Below, piece after piece: positions 17,882 to 26,138 of a stretch of 64,000 bases of DNA (positions within the stretch are counted from its first letter, which is position 1; each line of letters starts with the position of its first letter). The translations under genes and the position numbers were made by a program. The notes under the pieces were generated by a model, which did not search any database, was not told the origin of the DNA, and saw only the letters and a program-made list of their open reading frames with translations. Origin of the DNA: a virus; IMG/VR virus record IMGVR_UViG_3300036790_000286, positions 3,319 through 67,318 of that record. One strand, 5' to 3'.

Positions 17882-18367
17882 ATGGCACCAATCACGTTCC
17901 GTAACTCGAAAATCGTCTATTACGGGCCGCACAGTTGTGAGAATTGCGGCGTCACCATCGCAAAAATGGGGAGAGAGTGGGGCGGTACCGCCTTCACTTA
18001 TCCCGAGGGGCCAATCTACCCAAACACCGAGTGGCACCCCCACGTTTGTGACCCCACAGCCAGCAAAGTTCTTGCCGCGAACCGCGCAGCAGAACGCATT
18101 ATCGTTGATTGGCCAAACGCGGTTGCCCACCAGGTTGGCAAGCTCGGCTACGTCGTCCTCGGACGGCCACTTGAACCAGGACACCAGCACGGCCTTGTCA
18201 TCAGCGGGTGTAGCACATTCTTTGATACGGACGATGCTGCCTGGGTGGGGGCGTTGCGAGTGCTCAACGAGCACATGCCTTACTGGGAAATGGACCTCCG
18301 AAAGTATCACGCGAATTCGGAGTTTTCCGATGATCTGGACCGACTGCCGGAGTGTCCTACCCCGTAG
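17882..18367 (+). CDS. Hypothetical protein with CxxC...HxC motif
   Basis: AGGAG SD, ATG 17882; SCENCG...WHPHVC. Confidence 0.6.
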   Translation: MAPITFRNSKIVYYGPHSCENCGVTIAKMGREWGGTAFTYPEGPIYPNTEWHPHVCDPTASKVLAANRAAERIIVDWPNAVAHQVGKLGYVVLGRPLEPGHQHGLVISGCSTFFDTDDAAWVGALRVLNEHMPYWEMDLRKYHANSEFSDDLDRLPECPTP

Positions 18368-18414
18368 GTAAGCGAGCTGGGAATTGTCGCCATCGTTTGC
18401 GTTTTTGACCGCTA

Positions 18415-18427
18415 ATGGTAATCTCTG
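18415..18427 (+). promoter_or_regulatory. Late promoter-like motif (5/8)
   Basis: Exact 13-mer, 8 nt before ATG 18436. Confidence 0.8.
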
Positions 18428-18435
18428 CGGCGCAA

Positions 18436-19926
18436 ATGGCAAACGCGACGACAGTTCCCAGCACCCCCGCAGCAGCAGCGCCTTCGGCCAGCGCCGCACC
18501 CGCCACGCCAGCGACTCCTTCCGCGACTCCCGCCACGCCCGCGACTCCCGCTGCTGCCCCTCCTTCCACCGAGGGTCAGTCGCTCGAACAGCGTCTCGCT
18601 GCCGCAATCGGTCCCGGAATGAAAGAGGCCGCACAAGCGCCTTCCGCCGCCGAAGTTCCGCCGCCGGCCGTGGAGGAGCCACCGCCCGGGGAGGCCGCGG
18701 TCCTGCCGCCAACCCCAGAAGAAGAGGCTGCCGCTGCTGCCGCCGCCGCTGCTGGTGAAGGTGCAGGCGAAGAAGAATTTGACGAGTTGCTTGGAGACGC
18801 GCAAACGCTGGCGCCCAGGGACCTCGCCGCAAAGATCGAAGCCAGCCCCGAGCTGAAAGCCGCTCTCGAGAAGAGTCCCGAGATCCGCGACCTTCTGTTC
18901 TCGAATGCCCGGAACGCTGCCAAGGCAAAACCGTATACCGATCGGTTCGGGTCTCCCGAGGAGGCGGACGCGGTGATCGCCGGGCACCAGGCGTATTCGA
19001 ACATCGCCGGATTGCTCGGCGGCGTAAAGCGCGAAGACATTGGCAGCACCCAGGCAGTCATCGACGCCATGCGGAATTTGACCGCGCTGCGCGACGATGA
19101 CGGCAATCCCCTCAAGGATGAGCAGGGGAATGTTCGCACCGACGGCACCGTCGGGCGGTTCATGCGGAATTTTGTCGTAATGACGTTCGGCAACTTAGAG
19201 CGTCAAGCCAAACAATCGGGCGATGATGAGACCCTTGCAGCCCTCGATCACACCATGGAGAGGTTAGGATTCCGCGCCCCCTCCAGCGCGGGACAAGGTG
19301 AGAGCGAGGAACTGAAGGCTCAACGCACCGCACTTACAGAACAGCAGCGCCAACTGGACGCCCAGCGGGATCAGGGCCGAAAGGAAGCGCTGGATCAGCA
19401 CGACCAGCAGGTCTTCAGCAAGATTCAGACGGGGATTGACGATGCGGTGAAATCCATTCTCGATCGCGCGACCGGGCTTACGCCCTTTGCGCGGGAGAGC
19501 GCCGACGAGAAAATCCGCGCTGCCCTTGGGAAGGCCATTATGAGCAGCCCGGCGTATCAAACCGAGCTGGATCAGATTGTCCGAATGCCGGTCGGCGCGA
19601 AGCGGGAAGCCGCACATGTAGCACTCGCAAATCGCTATATGCAGTCGCATCTGTCCCGCGTCGCCAAGCCCATTCTGTCAGCAGCGGGCATCACGATCGC
19701 CAAGAAGGCTGCGGCTAACGCCACAGCCACGGCCGCACGCACGGAAGCCGCGCGTAGCGAGGTAAGAGGCAGCGCAGCGCCAACAGCCGCTTCGAGGGCT
19801 CCGGCCACCGAAGCAAAATCCCACGCGGACCTCAAGGCCGAACTGACTCAGAAATTTGGCCGCGAGCCCTCGCTGGACGAAATGCTGAAGGCGAGAATCA
19901 GCCCTGCTTTTGCCCGCTCCGCTTAG
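18436..19926 (+). CDS. Capsid scaffolding protein
   Basis: A/P/E-rich N-terminus and coiled coil, immediately upstream of the major capsid gene. Confidence 0.65.
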   Translation: MANATTVPSTPAAAAPSASAAPATPATPSATPATPATPAAAPPSTEGQSLEQRLAAAIGPGMKEAAQAPSAAEVPPPAVEEPPPGEAAVLPPTPEEEAAAAAAAAAGEGAGEEEFDELLGDAQTLAPRDLAAKIEASPELKAALEKSPEIRDLLFSNARNAAKAKPYTDRFGSPEEADAVIAGHQAYSNIAGLLGGVKREDIGSTQAVIDAMRNLTALRDDDGNPLKDEQGNVRTDGTVGRFMRNFVVMTFGNLERQAKQSGDDETLAALDHTMERLGFRAPSSAGQGESEELKAQRTALTEQQRQLDAQRDQGRKEALDQHDQQVFSKIQTGIDDAVKSILDRATGLTPFARESADEKIRAALGKAIMSSPAYQTELDQIVRMPVGAKREAAHVALANRYMQSHLSRVAKPILSAAGITIAKKAAANATATAARTEAARSEVRGSAAPTAASRAPATEAKSHADLKAELTQKFGREPSLDEMLKARISPAFARSA

Positions 19927-19985
19927 TTTCCAGTGCGTCGCGAAGATGAGGACGCTTCACCAGCCATAGGACAGGAGCCTTTCTC

Positions 19986-21284
19986 ATGGCAGATCTTCAG
20001 GCAGGAGTAGGAGCGATCGCCGTAGCGATCGAGCAGGTTTACAAGGATCCGCAGCTGATCGCGGAGCAGGATTCGGAACTGGTTGGGATGATCGCCGACA
20101 ATGGGCGCGCCGAACCTGTTTCAGCGCACACCTTCCGCATCACCTTCCAGGACCAAGTACCCGCGGAAGAGTCGGCCATCAATCTCGACAACGCCGCCGT
20201 TAACTTCCCTGCCCCCGGGTCCTCGGACTGGCAGGCCGGTACCATCACCCCGGTATCGCGCGCGCTGCCGATCGGATGGACCAAGCTGGCCGAGCTCGCC
20301 GGGAAACCGGAGCTGACCGTCGTCAACATCGTGGCCAAGCAGATGGCGGACATCATCCGCGAAGCTGCGAAGCGCTGCGACATTCACCTCTGCGCCGGCG
20401 ACGGCACCGGGTTCATCGGCAACATCACCGCCGTTGACGCCGGGAACTGGATCCTCACGATGAACGACGCCGACTTTGGCGCGCGTCTCATCACCAAGGG
20501 CCAACACTTCGACGTCTACAACGGTTTGAACTTTGTTACCACGGTGAAGGCCGCCGCGGTGACGAAGAACGGCCCGACCCAGACCGTCTCCCTCGATAAC
20601 CAGGTGGGCAACATCAACGCGATTGCGGCCGGGTATATCGCCCGCGTCTCTGGTCTCACCTCCGGCTCTCCGGTTTACGTCTACGGCATCCCCTATTGGG
20701 TTTCGAACACCCCGTTGGGTCTGACCGCCGGCATCGACCGCAGCGTCCCGGCAAACAACTTCATCCTCGCCAGCGGCACCAACGCGAACAACAGCGAAAT
20801 GACTCCGCCGCTGCTCCGGCTGCCCTTCGACTCGATCAAGGCCATTCTCGGCCTGAAAGCGGTCAAGAGCGGTAAGTTCCGGTTGCAGTGGGGCCCCGCG
20901 CAGGCTGCGATGTATGAGCAGCTGGCCGGGCAGTTCTTCCAGATCACCAAGCAGGATGGCAAGCTGGGGACCTGGGATCTGCTCGGAGAAGAGGGTGGTT
21001 CCGGCTCGACCGTGGGTGGCAACAAGCCACTGGAGAACATCCACGCCCACAATGAGCAGGTGACCTACCTGATGATGGACCGCTGGAACAAAATCCAGTA
21101 CGGCAACCTGCCCAGCCCGTGGTGGTTTACATGGGACGGCCGCCGCGTATTCCCGCAGATCGGCACCAACGGAATGCCGACCGCCGGAGCGGTGTCGTAC
21201 CTGGTTGACACCCGCCAGTTCTTCGTCGACAACCCGCCCTCGCAGGCGTCGCTCTATTCGCTGGCTCTGCCCCCAGGCTACTAA
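19986..21284 (+). CDS. Major capsid protein
   Basis: 432 aa, strong AGGAG SD, strongly biased codon use, GDGTG and YGIPYW motifs, position after the scaffold. Confidence 0.75.
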   Translation: MADLQAGVGAIAVAIEQVYKDPQLIAEQDSELVGMIADNGRAEPVSAHTFRITFQDQVPAEESAINLDNAAVNFPAPGSSDWQAGTITPVSRALPIGWTKLAELAGKPELTVVNIVAKQMADIIREAAKRCDIHLCAGDGTGFIGNITAVDAGNWILTMNDADFGARLITKGQHFDVYNGLNFVTTVKAAAVTKNGPTQTVSLDNQVGNINAIAAGYIARVSGLTSGSPVYVYGIPYWVSNTPLGLTAGIDRSVPANNFILASGTNANNSEMTPPLLRLPFDSIKAILGLKAVKSGKFRLQWGPAQAAMYEQLAGQFFQITKQDGKLGTWDLLGEEGGSGSTVGGNKPLENIHAHNEQVTYLMMDRWNKIQYGNLPSPWWFTWDGRRVFPQIGTNGMPTAGAVSYLVDTRQFFVDNPPSQASLYSLALPPGY

Positions 21285-21303
21285 GTCGGGAGCTGCCGAT
21301 TGC

Positions 21304-21328
21304 GGCGGCAGGCTTAAGTCCTGCCGCC
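21304..21328 (+). terminator. Stem-loop after capsid gene (weak terminator or mRNA-stabilising hairpin)
   Basis: GGCGGCAGG-CTTAAGT-CCTGCCGCC, 9-bp stem with a poor U tract. Confidence 0.45.
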
Positions 21329-21364
21329 CTTCATCACGGAGAAGTCAACGGAGAGGATGGCAAA

Positions 21365-22366
21365 ATGAAACGGATTCTGAATTTGGTAGTTTCGGTGCTG
21401 GCGCTCGGGGTTCTGGTCCCGGCGCTTTCCGCTCAGATCCCGCAGAGCGGCGTAATCAATCAGCCGCTTCCTCAGCAGGTCGGTGGCATCGGTCCCGATG
21501 GACAGGTGTACTACGCCGCGCTGGTACATGCGGAACAGGGACTTTTCTCGACCAGCCTCACGGTTGGTCTTGTTAACCCCGCAACCGCGCCGACCGGCGT
21601 GCCCTCCTATAACGGCGGGACAGTCGCCGCAGGCTCGAACTACTTTGAATGCGTCGCCGTCGACTGGGCCGGGAACTACACGTTGCCCAGCCCCGAGTCC
21701 AGCGTCGTTACTACCGCCTTCACCGGCAGCGTTCAGGTGACGTGTCCGGTTGTCGCCCACGCGGCCTATTACCAGGTCTGGGTAGCCGCGAGCAGCGGCG
21801 CGGAGGCGAATTACTTCACCACGCCCGCCGGTGCCAATATCGGAACGATGTCGCTGCCGATCGCTTCCAATACCGCCGGGACTATCAACACAACCGCGTC
21901 GGCCGGGATGGTACTGATTTACGGCGTGCAGGCGCCGCGAAAGTTCGTCCTCTCCGCCGCGTACACCAACGCGACTGCGACCGGCACCACGATCTTCACG
22001 ATTCCGGTGCTGGCGTCGACGTCCTACACGATCCACTGCGCAGGCCTCTACAAGGCGGCCTCCGGTGGAGCGTTCACCCTCGGTACCGCCGGGCCGGCTT
22101 CGCCCACTCTGGTCACTTACAACTATGTGAACCAGACGGCGTTGTCCACCGCTGCACCCACCTATCTCAACTACAACGGCACCGGGACCAGCTATCCGAC
22201 AGGGCTTGATACCACCGCCGTCACCACCGCCGCGACCTATATGCCGTTCGATTTCACTCTGATGCTTACGAATGGCACGACCGCGGGGAACGTGACGGTC
22301 ACGGGAGCAACGATCAGCACCAACACCCTGACTGTTGCCCCGGGTAGCTACTGCCAGGCCTACTAA
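21365..22366 (+). CDS. Signal-peptide-bearing beta-rich protein at the capsid-decoration position
   Basis: MKRILNLVVSVLALGVLVPALSA/Q; T/A/G-rich; FN3-like segment; 4 Cys. Confidence 0.65.
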   Translation: MKRILNLVVSVLALGVLVPALSAQIPQSGVINQPLPQQVGGIGPDGQVYYAALVHAEQGLFSTSLTVGLVNPATAPTGVPSYNGGTVAAGSNYFECVAVDWAGNYTLPSPESSVVTTAFTGSVQVTCPVVAHAAYYQVWVAASSGAEANYFTTPAGANIGTMSLPIASNTAGTINTTASAGMVLIYGVQAPRKFVLSAAYTNATATGTTIFTIPVLASTSYTIHCAGLYKAASGGAFTLGTAGPASPTLVTYNYVNQTALSTAAPTYLNYNGTGTSYPTGLDTTAVTTAATYMPFDFTLMLTNGTTAGNVTVTGATISTNTLTVAPGSYCQAY

Positions 22367-22430
22367 GGCTCCGGCAGCCAATGTTCTCCTGGGCGGTGAT
22401 GAGCCGCCCGGGGGCTTTCGAGGCTAGCGA

Positions 22431-23186
22431 TTGAAATATCCAGACGGATACGCGGGCGACGAGAACCGCACCATCAGCGAGTTTCTCGTCAAGATCGGCG
22501 GCAAGAGCTATAACGGCTATCCCAACTACCGCCTTGTCATCTCCGAACAGGTCTTCGAACGCAAAGGCGCCGCCTGGCATGATTGGGACGACAACATCGC
22601 CGTGGGGGAACGCTCCGAAGTTGTGCGCAAGGTTGTCCAGGTCGTTGAAACGTACACGCGCGGTGGCCAGACGTTCGAACTTGTGGTGCCGCACAGCGTG
22701 ATGTTGCCAGGCAACAAACCTACCCGCGTGGTAACCGAGGTTCGCAGAGTGCCGAAGTACTCTCACCTCGACCTCCAGGGGTGGATTCTCGAGCGCTGGT
22801 TCCCACCGTCGATGTTCGGCAGCCCCGAATCCTGGTATGCGCGGAAGGTGAGCGGATCAAGCGTCCCGATGCTCGGACCTTACCCGAGCGAGGGACTTTA
22901 CGAGATGATCGCCGGAGTCTTCCCCGAGGTGCCGAGCCAGAGCTTTCTCCAGGAATTCATCCGGTTTCAGCGGCAACGTGCGCAGGAAGCCGAGGAGCGC
23001 GACGCCCGCGCGGTGATTGCCGAGAAGATGGCCCGCCATGAAAAGGCCGAGGCAAACAAAGCTGAGAATCTGCGGATGCGAATCCGCGAAATGATTTCCC
23101 CGCTGGTGGGGACCTCGCTGGCGGCTGGACGCTGGCGCAACACAATGGCCGAAAAGGCCGGAATCCGTTCCCACATGGGGAACTGA
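22431..23186 (+). CDS. Hypothetical protein
   Basis: 251-aa ORF in the late operon; WILERWFPP...LGPYPSEGLYE. Confidence 0.6.
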   Translation: MKYPDGYAGDENRTISEFLVKIGGKSYNGYPNYRLVISEQVFERKGAAWHDWDDNIAVGERSEVVRKVVQVVETYTRGGQTFELVVPHSVMLPGNKPTRVVTEVRRVPKYSHLDLQGWILERWFPPSMFGSPESWYARKVSGSSVPMLGPYPSEGLYEMIAGVFPEVPSQSFLQEFIRFQRQRAQEAEERDARAVIAEKMARHEKAEANKAENLRMRIREMISPLVGTSLAAGRWRNTMAEKAGIRSHMGN

Positions 23187-23202
23187 GGAGAGAAGAAAGC
23201 AC

Positions 23203-24228
23203 ATGGCAGAAAAGCAGGTGGATTACGGATCAGGCCGCTCGGTTCTCGTCGATGTCCCCCCGGAGATGGAAACGGGCAGCCGCGAGATTGCCCAACAGAT
23301 GGGTGTCCAGGTGGACCAGCAGGGAAGAATTCGCTCGGCAGATCCAGGCCACGCGCCCGGCCGTTCGCGGGATCCTCAATATGAGTCGCGAATGCTTTCT
23401 CTCAAGACCCGCCTGAAGGCCACCGGCGTTGTGCCCGCAACCGTGTTCAACTTTCTGCCCTTCATCCTGAAGGTGAATTCTCCCGTCTCAAGCGTGCAGG
23501 GCGGAGTGCCGGCGGTAAAAGGCAACAAGGAATTCGCGACCCGGACCTGGGATACCTGCGATATCCAGATTGTGGAGCTGGGGGAACAGGGCCGTTCACC
23601 GCAGGAGTTTCACCCCATCCAGATTGCCCAGGTCTTCGAATATGAATATCCGGCCGGTGGGGTGGTCGCCATTCAGTGTCGCCCCAAGGATGCCGGACGC
23701 GCCGACGTCGCGAAGCTCCTGAAAGAGCACGCGGCGCAGGCGGTGATATACATGCGCGGCCAGATGGAAATGGGCGAGAAGCTGTGGAATGCCCCGGACC
23801 GGATCCAGCGCCAGAACGTTCGCTCGGTGCACCGGGCCTGCGCACAACGGCTGTACGATTTGCACATCATCAAGGCACTCCCGGACTTCTGCTCGGCCAA
23901 GGTGGACCTCGAGGATGCGCCCCACCCCTGCATCAACTGCGGGAAAGTCCCCGACAGCAAGTTGATCGCGCAGTGCCAGTGCGGATGGGTGATCAACCCT
24001 GGGACCGCCTTCCAGAACAACATCATCCAGGAAGACGACCCGGCGCTGGAACGGCTCACGCGTGCGGAAGTGAAACTGCTCGGGATCTCGGATTACGTTG
24101 CGGAGACGAGCGACGAGAAGCCGAAGCGCCTGAAATCGGGGGCGCCGAAACCCTTCTCTGCGGCAGCTACCCGGGCGCTCGATGCGGTTACGCGAGCCGA
24201 CAAGGCGAACGCCGCACCAGCGAAGTAA
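23203..24228 (+). CDS. Hypothetical protein with C-terminal Zn ribbon
   Basis: GAGGAG SD; CINCG...CQCG. Confidence 0.65.
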   Translation: MAEKQVDYGSGRSVLVDVPPEMETGSREIAQQMGVQVDQQGRIRSADPGHAPGRSRDPQYESRMLSLKTRLKATGVVPATVFNFLPFILKVNSPVSSVQGGVPAVKGNKEFATRTWDTCDIQIVELGEQGRSPQEFHPIQIAQVFEYEYPAGGVVAIQCRPKDAGRADVAKLLKEHAAQAVIYMRGQMEMGEKLWNAPDRIQRQNVRSVHRACAQRLYDLHIIKALPDFCSAKVDLEDAPHPCINCGKVPDSKLIAQCQCGWVINPGTAFQNNIIQEDDPALERLTRAEVKLLGISDYVAETSDEKPKRLKSGAPKPFSAAATRALDAVTRADKANAAPAK

Positions 24229-24238
24229 GGGGGGAGCT

Positions 24239-24937
24239 TTGCTTCAGAACGTTGCAGATATCGTGAAGAGGACGGGAGCTTTGCTGGATGATCCGGCAAA
24301 CTCCCGTTTTTCTTCCGACTACCTGATCCCCCACATCGACCAGCAGTACGACGAGATGGACGTCGACCTCGAGCGCCTGGGGATGCAGTACATCGAACAC
24401 ATCGCCATCGTTAACATCGCCGCCAACGTCAACGACCTCACCTATCTGCTGGCAGACGGCCAGGCACTCTCAACGATGAAGTTGCCGAAGCAGATTCGCT
24501 GGAAGCAGCAGGGGCAGCCCGACAATTCATACATCAAGAGCGCCATGGTCGACGAGGTGGACGAAGTGGACCCCACCGCCATCGGCATCACCGAGTGGAC
24601 CTTTCAGCAGGGCTCCATCCAGGTCACGCCCAGCGCGATTCCCCTCACGGCGAAAATCTACTTCGATGCGGTCTCTACCGATATCTATGACCCGGCACAG
24701 AATGTGATCCGCGGCACCGCGCACATTCTGGCGTACCGCGTCGCCGCCTACGTTGCCAGCCTGAACAACGGCATGGGGACCTTGCAGAAGAAGCTGGACG
24801 CCAAATCCGCACGCTCCTGGACCGCCTTCTGTTCGTTGGTGGTGATGAACGGCCAATCCAAGCAGCGAAGTCCGCGTCCGATCCACCGGCGGACCTACCC
24901 CTACGGCCAGCCGACGCCCCTGGCTCCGAACTCCTGA
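24239..24937 (+). CDS. Head-to-tail adaptor-like protein
   Basis: GGGGAG SD, TTG start; IVKRTGALLDDP...FSSDYL N-terminus typical of adaptors; gene position. Confidence 0.55.
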   Translation: MLQNVADIVKRTGALLDDPANSRFSSDYLIPHIDQQYDEMDVDLERLGMQYIEHIAIVNIAANVNDLTYLLADGQALSTMKLPKQIRWKQQGQPDNSYIKSAMVDEVDEVDPTAIGITEWTFQQGSIQVTPSAIPLTAKIYFDAVSTDIYDPAQNVIRGTAHILAYRVAAYVASLNNGMGTLQKKLDAKSARSWTAFCSLVVMNGQSKQRSPRPIHRRTYPYGQPTPLAPNS

Positions 24938-24968
24938 AAAAGCAGCTTTGTGGCGCGAGCCGTAGAAA

Positions 24969-25133
24969 TCACCACTGCCGAGCCGCGAAATCCTCATCGC
25001 ACTCGTCCTCAGTGCAGTAGTAGCCCAGCGGCGCGCGGTACATCTGGACTTTCTCGCCCACGGTCCCGCACGCCGCACACTTGGCATAGGGACCAAAGTG
25101 CCACGAAAAGAGCCTCTCCAGGAAGCGCCTCAT
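24969..25133 (-). CDS. 54-aa zinc-finger microprotein (counter-oriented moron)
   Basis: MRRFLERLFSWHFGPYAKCAACG...YYCTEDECDEDFAARQW; ATGA overlap with the upstream ORF. Confidence 0.55.
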   Translation of the reverse strand: MRRFLERLFSWHFGPYAKCAACGTVGEKVQMYRAPLGYYCTEDECDEDFAARQW

Positions 25134-25231
25134 CTTCGCCTCCGGTGCCGACTCTTCGTGAAGAACGGCGCGATCAGGAGTGCCAGCACAGGGATGGATA
25201 TGAGGAGCAGGACCTCTTGGATGTAGTCCAT
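25130..25231 (-). CDS. 33-aa single-TM peptide with polybasic tail (counter-oriented moron)
   Basis: MDYIQEVLLLISIPVLALLIAPFFTKSRHRRRR. Confidence 0.55.
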   Translation of the reverse strand: MDYIQEVLLLISIPVLALLIAPFFTKSRHRRRR

Positions 25232-25237
25232 TTCCAC

Positions 25238-25266
25238 ATTGTAAGCCCCGACCTAAAAGATGGCAG
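25238..25266 (-). promoter_or_regulatory. Sigma70-like promoter for the moron (leaderless)
   Basis: CTGCCA-N17-TACAAT-N6-ATG on the - strand. Confidence 0.5.
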
Positions 25267-25290
25267 GTTCAAGGCAGTTCGCGGCGGCTA

Positions 25291-25303
25291 ATGGTAATCT
25301 CTG
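25291..25303 (+). promoter_or_regulatory. Late promoter-like motif (6/8)
   Basis: Exact 13-mer upstream of the tail genes. Confidence 0.8.
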
Positions 25304-25384
25304 TCGCGCTTGGACGGCTGATGCCGCTCACCAACCGCAGCTAACTGAACCCGCGGCTCGCGCGCCGCGCCGGAGGAATAGCAA

Positions 25385-26134
25385 ATGACCCTCGCAGCTC
25401 AGGTAACAGCCGTCGACCTCACCCGCCGTCGTAAGCGTCAGACCGTCTCTGTTCCCACGACCGGGAATTACGTCCAGGGCGGCGACCCGCTTGATCTTTC
25501 CGCCGCAACCAACCCCAGGTTCCTGCAGGGCGGAGGCTTCGGCCGCGTTCCGGGAGAATGGGCCGCACTCAACGCCCCGGGCGGCTATACCGCCGAATTC
25601 ATTCCCTCCCAGGGGGGAGCGCGCACCACGTTTCTGACGACCGCCTTCACCCAGCCCGGTGGCGCCGGCACGGCACTCAAAGTCACCTTCACCCCCGGCA
25701 GCACGGTCACAGGTCAGTTCCGCATCAACTCTGCGGGCGGAACCGCCAACGGCAAGACGACTGTGAACCTCGCGAACTTTGCCGGCCTCGCCAGCAACCT
25801 TCCGAACGTCATCACGGCCGCCGCCGCTGCGCTGACCGCCTTCCTGAATGCCGGCCTTGGGGTAGTCACCGGGTCCACCTACACCGTCACCGTTGCTGCG
25901 GGCGTGATCAGCATCACTCCCAGCGCCGGTGGCAGCGCCGGAGAAACCCTCTCCGTCACCGCCAGCACCGTCCAGGAATATGCGGCCAGCACCAGTGGCG
26001 CGCTCCTGTCCAGCTGCGCGGTGAAGTTCTTCAGCGCGGATGGTACCGAACTGGCTGCGGGCGCATACCCCGATGCCATGCAGGTCGATCCGTTGCTGCT
26101 CGAGCTGTCGGTGAAGATGTACAAGGGCATGTAA
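25385..26134 (+). CDS. Virion structural protein
   Basis: GGAGG SD; A/T/G-rich; TGNYVQGGDPLDLS N-terminus. Confidence 0.6.
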   Translation: MTLAAQVTAVDLTRRRKRQTVSVPTTGNYVQGGDPLDLSAATNPRFLQGGGFGRVPGEWAALNAPGGYTAEFIPSQGGARTTFLTTAFTQPGGAGTALKVTFTPGSTVTGQFRINSAGGTANGKTTVNLANFAGLASNLPNVITAAAAALTAFLNAGLGVVTGSTYTVTVAAGVISITPSAGGSAGETLSVTASTVQEYAASTSGALLSSCAVKFFSADGTELAAGAYPDAMQVDPLLLELSVKMYKGM

Positions 26135-26138
26135 CGCG

